From Hyphomicrobium sp. (GTDB lineage: Bacteria > Pseudomonadota > Alphaproteobacteria > Rhizobiales > Hyphomicrobiaceae), in contig PERT01000004.1 of NCBI GenBank assembly GCA_002928955.1, forward strand, positions 18,902 to 82,901: DNA of 64,000 nucleotides, in the 5' to 3' direction. Below, one piece after another: positions 56,668-64,000 of the stretch. The first letter of the stretch is position 1. Every line of letters begins with the position of its first letter. The notes beneath the pieces are model-generated. The model did not search any database and was not told the origin of the DNA. It saw nothing but the letters and a program-made list of their open reading frames with translations. The translations under genes and the position numbers were made by a program.

Positions 56668-59600
56668 TCAGACCACGGCCGCCCGCGCGGCTCCGCGGCC
56701 ATAAGCCGCCGAGATTTGATGGACGCGAACCGACACGGTTGGCTGTACTGCGCCGAAGTCGAGCACCTGCTGCGCTGCGCTGTACTTGGCCGCGGACGTT
56801 GCGACTTGGAGCGTCCGCTTCACGGCCGCACCCGCCATCACATCCACTTCGTAACGCTCATTTTCCTCGCCGAGCGGGACGTCGGGGGTTTCCCAGCTGT
56901 CTCCACCCTGCCGCGTCCGCCGCACCCAAACGATCTCCAGATCGCCGCCTGCGGCACGAGTTCCCCGCACGTGTACCGGAGACAGCGGCCGGAGCCCCAG
57001 ACCGGCAAACGTGTGTTGCCGCTCCAGATACGATCCATGTCCGATATCGCGGCTTGCCGGACCGACACGCCACGTGTACGGCAACCGAATTTCACTGGCG
57101 GTCAGTGCCAGCTGCGACACCGCGCCATCCAGAAGCACGAACCGTGCGCCGGCTGTTGAAGGTGACAGCATGGCGGGTTCTGTCCCCGCCTGTCCGCGGA
57201 GAAGTCCGCTCAGCTCGTATGTCAGCGCATTGACCAACAGAGCATTCTGGAACTGAACAACCTCCCACGCTCCATCCGGGTTCTGGATCGCAGCGGCGTT
57301 CTGGCCCGCGAGCATCTGCAGCAGCGTTACCGATTGCAGCACGCCGCCGTCCAGAACAACCCGCACTCGCGTGCCGTGGTCCATGCGCCCTTCAGGACCC
57401 ATCCGCAAGCCATCAAGCATGGTTCCGGTCACGGCCGCGACCGGCGCGAGTCCTTTCAGGTTGTAGCCGTCAACGCCCGGTGAGCTGAAAACCGCGATCG
57501 TTCCCGGCCAGGGGCTTTGGCGCACCGCCACATATCCGGCATGGGGCGGCTCGTCGCCGCGCAGCAAAGGCAGGTCCAAAAACTCTGCCAGCGGTTTGCC
57601 GGCGGCGGCCGGCGATTGAGGGCGCGGTAGCCGGTCGCGGACGGTGACGCCCGCATACACATCCGGATCGATGCACCTTGCGTCAATCTCGCGGACGCCG
57701 TGCTCCCCGACCTCGGTGACACGCAACAATCGCGCCGCACTTCCGGAGGAACCAGCCCCCGACACCTCAAGGATATCGCCCGGCTCGATCGCCAGCGCGC
57801 TCGGCGGCAGCTTGAAGCTCGCCCGCTCCCGCGCCGCCCACGTCTCGAACAGCCACGCCTCCACCATGGCACTGGCCTGATCGCTTTCGAGCACGATCGG
57901 CAGTTCAGCCTGCGACAGACGCCCGCTGGCCCCGGTCAAACGCCGCGCCTCTGCCACCGCCTGACGGTAGTCGCTCGCCGCCGATATGTAGCTGATCTTG
58001 GCCGATGCCGGCAGCTCGGTTTCCTGTCCCCGTGTCAGCGTGATCAATGCCTCGCCCGGGCGGCTTTCCACCAGCCCGTCTGGATCGAACGACGCAACCG
58101 GCAAATCCCGGCCGCGATGGCGAAACACGATCTTGCCGCCGGTCTCCAGCGAATCGAAGAAGTAGCCGAGTTCAAGCGGCTGCAATGCGTCACGCACCGA
58201 CATCGGACGATCGACGACGTAGCCGGGAACCGTCCCCTCAAGCGCGCCCGCGTCGAAGTCGGCGAACCCGAAATCATCGAGGATCCGAGACACGACCGCC
58301 GACAGCGGCACGCTCGCTGAGCGGCCGTTGAGCCAGTGCCCGAAGCGCCAGTTGTCACCATCGCCCCAGACCTCGATGTTATAGGGGAATGCCGGATAGG
58401 GCCGCGTATCCCACGCATAGACGTAGATCCGTCCAAGATCGATCATGCTCTGGCCGTAGAGGCCCGAAAGCGGATTTGAGCCCGTGATGTAGTTGGACTT
58501 CGACGGATCGAGCGCGCCTGTCAGCGCCATGATGAACCGCCGCTGCATCAGGTCGTCGCGCGTACCACGCGAATAGAAGGGCAGTGCACTTTCGCTGCTC
58601 TTGGGATCAACAAACACGTTGGGCTGGTTCGCGCCCTTGTCAATCGCAGGGCAGCCGATCTCCATCAGCCAGAACGGCTTCGATTGCGGCACCCACGCGG
58701 TCGGCACGGTGCTTTCCACGCCGCCCGGCCGGTTGTAGTGCGGGTTCAGCCACCACGACTTCAAGTCCTTGTAGCGGAAGACCCACGGCTTGCCCTGTCC
58801 GTCCGTGATCGGTGTACGTGTCTGGCTGTCGCGATCGGCCGCGCTCGCATAGTACCAGTCGTAACCTTCCCCGCCCTGCACGTTGCCGCTCAAATAGCCG
58901 AGGTCGTGGATGGATCGCGAGCCGGAAAGAAAGTCCCGGTGCGCGCGTCCATCACGCCAGTCCGAAAGCGGCCAATAGAGGTCGATGCCGATGGCGTCGA
59001 TCGACGCCGAACCCCACAGCGGATCAAGATGGAAATAGACATCGCCGGTGCCGTCGTCAGGCTGATGACCGAAATACTCCGACCAATCGGCCGCATAGAG
59101 CACCTTCGTCGTATCGCCGAGAATTCGTTTCACGTCGGCCGCGAGCTGCACGAGCGCCGCCACGAACGGATATGTCGAAGGTTGAGAGCGCACGGTGCTC
59201 AGTCCCCTGAACTCGGTTCCGATGACGAACGCATCGACCCCGCCCGCGGCCTTCGCCAGCCACGCTTGATGCAAGATCATGCGCCGGAAGGACCATTCAG
59301 CGGGACCGGAATAGACCACCTCGTCGCCCGCGAGACTGAAATGGTTCCACAGGGCTGTGCCCGAGAACACCGCGATCTGGTTCGCCGCTTCGGCCGTCTT
59401 GTCGACAGTTCCGGGCCGACCCGCCGCAGGGTGGCAGGTGATGCGCCCGCGCCACGGATAGGCGGGTTGTGATGCGCCACCATAGGGATTGGGCAACGTA
59501 TTGCCGTCGGGCACGTCCATCAGGACAAACGGCGTCAGGGTGACTGAAAGACCGCGAGCCTTGAGATCGCGGATCGCCGCGACAACAGTCTGATCGGACG

Positions 59601-60636
59601 GTGTACCGCCATAGGCCGGACGACCGTTCCGCTGACTGATGAGATAGGCGTCCGCGCGCTCTGTGCCGGCTACTTTCCAGGCGAGAGGGGACGTGTTTTT
59701 CACGGCCAACTCCACGCCCGGTTTGATCTGACAGTTCACCGCGCGAAGGTCTGTACCGAACCAACTCACCACCAGCGACGCCGAGGTGACGTTCGGCAAT
59801 GCGGCCTCCAACTGGTCGAGTGATACGGTCCAGTCGGTCGCACCTTGACGCGTGTGCACGTTCTCCGAAGCGTTCTGGCCACCGCCGGTTCCGCGCGTGA
59901 CCTCTTCGGTCGCGTAGACGAACTCGCCGGATCCGGGGATCAAAACGACACCATGAATGTCGCCGCCGAACGGCTCAACTGATCGGTACACTTCGAACGA
60001 CAGTTGCGGAAGGCGGTTGCCGAACGGCGCGAGTGCCATTCGCTCAAACACGAGGTACGCCGTGCCGCGAAAGGCTGGCGCATTTCCCGCCCCTTCGCGC
60101 GCCACGATCAGGCCGTCGGCGTCCTGCGTTTCACGCCCGTGGTAGACGCGGTACGTAACGTTCGTGAGATCCATCTCATGTCCATCGGCCCACATCCGGC
60201 CGATACCGCTGATTTCGCCTTCGCACACGGCCACGGCGAAATTCGCGAAATAGAGGTATTCGATCGTCTCGCCCGCCGAGCGACCGCCCATGAGCCCGCC
60301 TTTGCCGCCGCCGCCCGCCGACCGCCGCGTGGCCTCCTCCTCGAAATCCGTGGCCCAAATGATTTGCCCCCCGAGCCGCGCGCGACCATAGACGCGCGGA
60401 ATGGGAGCCCCTTCCGTTGATCCAGTCACATGCAGATCGCGCAACCGCGGGCCTTGGCGCGGACCGGACTGCCCGTTGCCGCCGAACAGCGCCTGGTCCA
60501 CGTATGATCCCGCGAAAGCGCCAAGCTGCGAGCCGATCGTGGCGCCAGTGATCGTCGCACCAAGGACAGAGAAGCCAGCCGGCAGCAGGGCACTGCCAAC
60601 GGCCGCGCCGACCGCTGCGAGTGCAAGCGTTGCCAT
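56668..60636 (-). CDS. RcGTA g15-like large tail/host-specificity protein ('megatron')
   Basis: About 1320 aa. The Gly/Ala-rich N-terminus MATLALAAVGAAVGSALLP..., size, and position directly after the g14-like peptidase gene match RcGTA-type clusters. ATG at 60636 lies 2 nt after the g14 stop. Confidence 0.85.
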   Translation of the reverse strand: MATLALAAVGAAVGSALLPAGFSVLGATITGATIGSQLGAFAGSYVDQALFGGNGQSGPRQGPRLRDLHVTGSTEGAPIPRVYGRARLGGQIIWATDFEEEATRRSAGGGGKGGLMGGRSAGETIEYLYFANFAVAVCEGEISGIGRMWADGHEMDLTNVTYRVYHGRETQDADGLIVAREGAGNAPAFRGTAYLVFERMALAPFGNRLPQLSFEVYRSVEPFGGDIHGVVLIPGSGEFVYATEEVTRGTGGGQNASENVHTRQGATDWTVSLDQLEAALPNVTSASLVVSWFGTDLRAVNCQIKPGVELAVKNTSPLAWKVAGTERADAYLISQRNGRPAYGGTPSDQTVVAAIRDLKARGLSVTLTPFVLMDVPDGNTLPNPYGGASQPAYPWRGRITCHPAAGRPGTVDKTAEAANQIAVFSGTALWNHFSLAGDEVVYSGPAEWSFRRMILHQAWLAKAAGGVDAFVIGTEFRGLSTVRSQPSTYPFVAALVQLAADVKRILGDTTKVLYAADWSEYFGHQPDDGTGDVYFHLDPLWGSASIDAIGIDLYWPLSDWRDGRAHRDFLSGSRSIHDLGYLSGNVQGGEGYDWYYASAADRDSQTRTPITDGQGKPWVFRYKDLKSWWLNPHYNRPGGVESTVPTAWVPQSKPFWLMEIGCPAIDKGANQPNVFVDPKSSESALPFYSRGTRDDLMQRRFIMALTGALDPSKSNYITGSNPLSGLYGQSMIDLGRIYVYAWDTRPYPAFPYNIEVWGDGDNWRFGHWLNGRSASVPLSAVVSRILDDFGFADFDAGALEGTVPGYVVDRPMSVRDALQPLELGYFFDSLETGGKIVFRHRGRDLPVASFDPDGLVESRPGEALITLTRGQETELPASAKISYISAASDYRQAVAEARRLTGASGRLSQAELPIVLESDQASAMVEAWLFETWAARERASFKLPPSALAIEPGDILEVSGAGSSGSAARLLRVTEVGEHGVREIDARCIDPDVYAGVTVRDRLPRPQSPAAAGKPLAEFLDLPLLRGDEPPHAGYVAVRQSPWPGTIAVFSSPGVDGYNLKGLAPVAAVTGTMLDGLRMGPEGRMDHGTRVRVVLDGGVLQSVTLLQMLAGQNAAAIQNPDGAWEVVQFQNALLVNALTYELSGLLRGQAGTEPAMLSPSTAGARFVLLDGAVSQLALTASEIRLPYTWRVGPASRDIGHGSYLERQHTFAGLGLRPLSPVHVRGTRAAGGDLEIVWVRRTRQGGDSWETPDVPLGEENERYEVDVMAGAAVKRTLQVATSAAKYSAAQQVLDFGAVQPTVSVRVHQISAAYGRGAARAAVV

Positions 60637-60638
60637 GA

Positions 60639-61100
60639 TTATGTGTTCCCCGGAAATGTGAATATCGCCGCAACCCGCCGCCGCCACCAATGGCCGAGCC
60701 CAACTTCGGCAACCGGCCGGCCCTCCATGGCATGGATCATCGTGTCCTCGCCGGTCGCGATGCCGGCATGCTTGGCCACCATTCCTGGCCGCAATCGAAA
60801 GATCAGCACGTCGCCGGGTCCGATTTCGCAGTTTCCGCCGTTGGCCTCGACCAGATGCCGCCGCGCCGCCGCAATCATCGTCTCCACGCCGCCCGCCTCT
60901 GCCCAGTCGCGGGAGTATGCCGGCGGCACCTCCGCATCCGTCCCGTAGATGTCACGCCACACCCCACGCACGAGGCCTAGGCAATCGGTACCGACACCCC
61001 TGACGCTTGCCTGATGGTGATAGGGCGTGCCGATCCAGCCGCGCGCCACGCGCACGACCTCGGCACCGCTCCCGCGTGCCCGCAATACATCGTCGTTCAT
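60639..61100 (-). CDS. RcGTA g14-like NlpC/P60 cell-wall peptidase
   Basis: ARGWIGTPYHHQASVRGVGTDCLGLVRGVW (catalytic Cys context), 153 aa, and cluster position. Confidence 0.88.
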   Translation of the reverse strand: MNDDVLRARGSGAEVVRVARGWIGTPYHHQASVRGVGTDCLGLVRGVWRDIYGTDAEVPPAYSRDWAEAGGVETMIAAARRHLVEANGGNCEIGPGDVLIFRLRPGMVAKHAGIATGEDTMIHAMEGRPVAEVGLGHWWRRRVAAIFTFPGNT

Positions 61101-61110
61101 TGTGCAGACC

Positions 61111-61977
61111 TCACTCAGCGGTCGAACGCGCGACCCGGGTCAGCAGATCGTTCCCCGGCATATGAGGGAATCCGCGGAAGCTGATCGCGTTGGCGAACTT
61201 CTCTCGGCAGGTCTCAAGGTTCTTGTCACAGCCCGCCGTGACGTGGAACGTCTGGCCCGCCACCAGCGGCGTTCGCGCCGGCTGCCACAGTTCGATCGTC
61301 ACCACGCCCACAGAAACACTGTGGGCTTTGACTTCCACCGCCTGCCCCGTTGCCGCCCCCGAGGTGAACGTCAACAATCCGCGCGAGAACCAGTCATGCG
61401 GATACTCCCCGAGACCGCTCACTGTGAACCGCCGCGTACTCGATGCCAACACCACCGCGCCCATTCCGCGATAGGTCGCCGAAGTCGTATCGACGCCGCA
61501 GCGCCGGTCGCCGAGGTCCGCATCGCACGTGTACTGGAACACCCGGCCCTGGGTCTGCTGCAGGTAGTGCGACAGCCCGCGCACCTCAGCGGCGAACATT
61601 GTGCCCGCGCGCCTCACCTCACCAAGACTTCCGACGCGCATCAACACGCGTCCGGATGGATCCTGCCAATTCACTCGGAAAATCTCGACCCGGGCGTCAT
61701 CATAGAGGCCGGCCGCGAGATCGTCCTCGGCTAACCGCTCCGAGGACAGCGCGCTTGTCACGTCCAGGTTGTCGACACTGAGCCCGACGGAATCGCGGAT
61801 CTCGCCCGCCTCGAATCCGGCCGCCGCCTCGAAGGTTGTCGCATCGAAGACGATGTCCCGGTCGTGATCGGTAAATCCCAATGTCGCGCCGTCGCGGCGG
61901 CGGAGCCTCCAACACCAGCACAACGTCGTCGCGCCGGACGCCAGATGCTCCGATAGCGCGGGCGGAAGCGTCTTCAT
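61111..61977 (-). CDS. RcGTA g13-like baseplate hub protein (DUF2163 / BR0599-type)
   Basis: ATTLCWCWRLRRRDGATLGFTDHDRDIVFD is the hallmark N-terminus of this family. 288 aa, with a 4-nt overlap with g12. Confidence 0.88.
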   Translation of the reverse strand: MKTLPPALSEHLASGATTLCWCWRLRRRDGATLGFTDHDRDIVFDATTFEAAAGFEAGEIRDSVGLSVDNLDVTSALSSERLAEDDLAAGLYDDARVEIFRVNWQDPSGRVLMRVGSLGEVRRAGTMFAAEVRGLSHYLQQTQGRVFQYTCDADLGDRRCGVDTTSATYRGMGAVVLASSTRRFTVSGLGEYPHDWFSRGLLTFTSGAATGQAVEVKAHSVSVGVVTIELWQPARTPLVAGQTFHVTAGCDKNLETCREKFANAISFRGFPHMPGNDLLTRVARSTAE

Positions 61978-62612
61978 ATCCTGACCTCGACGATCGGAAT
62001 GTTGGGAATGGCACCGTGGGTGAAACCGCTGAGGCTCACCTCCAGTCTGTCACTATCGAACCGTACCGGCACATCGAACTCAAAGCCGGCCGTCACGCTT
62101 GCCCCCGCCTCCGGCACATGCCCGGCCAGAAACGTCACCAAGCCTGTCGCCGTATCCACCACAAAGTGCGTACCCGCGGTCCGCACGACCCCGCCAACCG
62201 CGAGTTCAACACTGCCCGCCACCGGCTTCTTGATCTCGCGCGTCCACGGCGCGTGCACGGAGCCATATGCCTTCGTCAGCTGGAACGTCGCCCGGGTACC
62301 GGTCCCTGTCCCGATCACCTGATCGGTGGCCGCGATCGCCGCCGACGGCGAAGTCGATTTCCAATCGACGTGATCGCGCCACCTGAACCCGTAAAGCCGG
62401 CCGCGCCGTTCTTCGAAAAACGCCACGACCTCATGAAGCTCGTCGAACGTCTTGATCCCATAACCCGCGTTGTAGCTCCGCCGGGAGTGGGCCCAGCGGC
62501 TGTTGCGTTCCTCGAACCCGGAGCCGAGCACCACCACATCGGTCCGCCGCTCCGGCCCACCCTGGCTGCCGCGTGAAATCGCGGTCGGAAATCGTATCTC
62601 GTGAAAGCTCAA
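61974..62612 (-). CDS. RcGTA g12-like distal tail protein (DUF2460 / TIGR02217-type)
   Basis: FHEIRFPTAISRGSQGGPERRTDVVVLGSGFEERNSRW is the hallmark N-terminus of this family; 212 aa. Confidence 0.88.
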   Translation of the reverse strand: MSFHEIRFPTAISRGSQGGPERRTDVVVLGSGFEERNSRWAHSRRSYNAGYGIKTFDELHEVVAFFEERRGRLYGFRWRDHVDWKSTSPSAAIAATDQVIGTGTGTRATFQLTKAYGSVHAPWTREIKKPVAGSVELAVGGVVRTAGTHFVVDTATGLVTFLAGHVPEAGASVTAGFEFDVPVRFDSDRLEVSLSGFTHGAIPNIPIVEVRI

Positions 62613-62622
62613 TCGGCCCTCC

Positions 62623-63225
62623 TCACAGGTTGCGCTGACCGAGTGCCACTGCGCGCGCCAGCATCGCCGCCACCTGCGACTCAGACCGCAGGAAGCTGTC
62701 CGCGTCGGTCGCCGTCACGTTGAACACGACATTGACGCCGGTGCCGCGCGAACCACCGTCCGACATCACGCCAAGCCGGCCATCGGGTCCACGCGCCAAG
62801 GGAAGGATCGCCTCGGCGCCGCGCTCGCCCGCGAGCCCCATCCGTCCACCGCCGAGCGGAAACCCGACGGGGTTCTGGATTACACCGCCCTTGGCGAATG
62901 GCACCGGCAGGGCGGCTGCCACGCCTGCGCCTCCGCCGAAGCCAGCGGAGAACAAGCCCGACAACAGCCCCCCCAGCCCCTGTTCCAAAGGCTTCAACGC
63001 AGCTTTCAAAACCAGTTCTGAAAGGCTCAGGGTGAGCGATTTGAATACCTCGCCGACACCCTTGCCCTTCAGCGCGATACCTTCGAAAGCGTTGATCAGG
63101 ATGCTTGAGAACTGCCGTCCGACCCCTGAGGCCGATTTCATGGCTTGCTCGAAGCCGGACGTATCGGCCTCAACCGTGACCTTCCACGTCTCGTCGCCGC
63201 CACCAAGCCCATCAATGCCGTTCAT
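62623..63225 (-). CDS. RcGTA g11-like short tail tape-measure protein
   Basis: About 200 aa and Gly-rich, positioned between the chaperone genes and g12. GGAG lies upstream of the ATG. Confidence 0.75.
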   Translation of the reverse strand: MNGIDGLGGGDETWKVTVEADTSGFEQAMKSASGVGRQFSSILINAFEGIALKGKGVGEVFKSLTLSLSELVLKAALKPLEQGLGGLLSGLFSAGFGGGAGVAAALPVPFAKGGVIQNPVGFPLGGGRMGLAGERGAEAILPLARGPDGRLGVMSDGGSRGTGVNVVFNVTATDADSFLRSESQVAAMLARAVALGQRNL

Positions 63226-63247
63226 GATCGCTCCATCCGTAGCGCAC

Positions 63248-63415
63248 TCAGTGGTCCGGGAATTGGCCCATCAGGTCCGCCAGTTCGCTTCGTTCCATTG
63301 GGTTCAGGCCCCGCGACGACCCCATACGTCCATTGATCGCCGCCACAAACTCGCGCGGCGTCATCCCCCAGAACTCCGTCGGCGCGAGCCCGAGTTGACC
63401 CAGGCCCACGGCCAT
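63248..63415 (-). CDS. RcGTA g10.1-like small tail-assembly protein (55 aa: MAVGLGQLGLAPTEFWGMTPREFVAAINGR...)
   Basis: Hand translation; it is below the ORF-track cutoff. The ...LGL.P.EFW.MTP.E... pattern is typical of the small conserved GTA/phage protein that follows the chaperone. Its ATG shares one nucleotide with the g10 stop (TGATG) and lies in the -1 frame of g10. Confidence 0.65.
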   Translation of the reverse strand: MAVGLGQLGLAPTEFWGMTPREFVAAINGRMGSSRGLNPMERSELADLMGQFPDH

Positions 63416-63798
63416 CACGTCATCCCAGGGAAAGGGCCTCGCGCGTCTCCCGCGGCACCTCCCTGTTTCTCGGCGGTGGCTGCCGCCGGTCCACCCGTGA
63501 ACGTCGCGTTCAGCAGCCGCGCCACGATATCCACGAACCCGGCCGCACCCTGGTCTGCCTGCATCGCCGCGACCGCCGCGTCGGTCATGTCGTATCCCGC
63601 TCCCCTTAATCCGGCTGCGATGATCCGCACGCAGTCGCGCGCCGAGATCCGCCCCTTCTCGAACCGGCTGGCGAGTGCCAGCATGTCCTCATCGCCGAAC
63701 GCCGCCTCCAGTTCGGCCAGCGCGCCCAGCGTCAAGCACAGCCGATAGGGCTTGCCGTCGAGCCGTGCCTCGATCTCACCGCGATACCTGTTTGCCAT
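63415..63798 (-). CDS. RcGTA g10-like tail assembly chaperone ('gene transfer agent family protein')
   Basis: MANRYRGEIEARLDGKPYRLCLTLGALAELEAAFG fits the family pattern. ATG at 63798 has GGGAG upstream. Position between g9 and g10.1. Confidence 0.8.
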   Translation of the reverse strand: MANRYRGEIEARLDGKPYRLCLTLGALAELEAAFGDEDMLALASRFEKGRISARDCVRIIAAGLRGAGYDMTDAAVAAMQADQGAAGFVDIVARLLNATFTGGPAAATAEKQGGAAGDARGPFPGMT

Positions 63799-63884
63799 CG
63801 CGCCTACTCCCTGGCTTGATCCCAGCCCACTTCGCGACAACGTCGCGTCCGGCCAACTCCGTGGAGTGGCTCAGGATGCGAGCA

Positions 63885-64000
63885 TCAGAGGCTCGTGAAC
63901 GTCAGTGCGCCCGCACTCTCGAGTGCGATTTCGAAACTCACTTCGCCATCGTGCCGGCCCGATATCTCCAGCGAACCGATATGGAACGGCCCGACGACCG
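63885..64000 (-). CDS. RcGTA g9-like major tail protein, C-terminal fragment (continues beyond the window)
   Basis: Hand translation ...VVGPFHIGSLEISGRHDGEVSFEIALESAGALTFTSL* with stop at 63885-63887. The sequence pattern and position fit the TP901-1-type major tail protein of GTA clusters. Confidence 0.65.
   Translation of the reverse strand, partial: VVGPFHIGSLEISGRHDGEVSFEIALESAGALTFTSL

Noticed and set aside
1-64000. tRNA, rRNA, integrase, transposase, toxin-antitoxin or known defence-system genes
   Set aside because: I recognised none while reading both strands and the ORF track. A tRNAscan, Infernal and defence-finder run would be needed to exclude small RNAs and short ORFs formally.

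Overview
GC-rich (by eye, mid-60s % G+C) chromosomal segment. Gene content and order look alphaproteobacterial, Hyphomicrobiales/Bradyrhizobiaceae-like; that placement is an inference. Most of the window is densely packed housekeeping or metabolic DNA. In order: an alpha/beta hydrolase; an envelope operon (OmpA-like protein, mini membrane protein, Pro/Ala-rich protein with three helix-hairpin-helix-like repeats); a UbiH-family monooxygenase; an LpxL-type acyltransferase; a membrane desaturase; a malyl-CoA-lyase-like enzyme; an isolated BchH-type chelatase subunit divergent from an isolated ChrR-type anti-sigma factor; a TRAP transporter plus a signal-less gamma-glutamyltransferase homolog; a complete C-P lyase phosphonate locus (phnCDE plus hexapeptide transferase divergent from phnGHIJ-GNAT-phnKLMN, with a DUF1045/2H phosphoesterase); pepN; a degenerate histidine kinase; glnE; a two-component pair; degP; a secreted trypsin-like protease; ccmI-E-F-H (cycHJKL-type); a glycine-zipper lipoprotein; and a second two-component pair with a PepSY protein. 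The right end (about 55.3-64 kb) is the tail half of an RcGTA-type gene transfer agent cluster (g9 partial to g15), followed by a three-domain membrane-anchored peptidoglycan hydrolase. I recognised no rRNA, tRNA, CRISPR array, transposase or integrase. I cannot point to a clearly novel multi-gene system. The items most worth follow-up are: (1) the orphan BchH-like/ChrR-like divergent pair with nested palindromes; (2) a ~175-bp two-hairpin repeat family resembling rhizobial intergenic mosaic elements (RIME), present in at least three copies; (3) ~300 bp of compositionally atypical sequence between phnI and the conserved start of phnJ; (4) a candidate -1 frameshift site joining GTA g10 and g10.1; (5) the GTA-adjacent hydrolase; (6) several perfect short tandem duplications in intergenic DNA. 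Many long ORFs in the six-frame track are antisense artefacts of high GC content.
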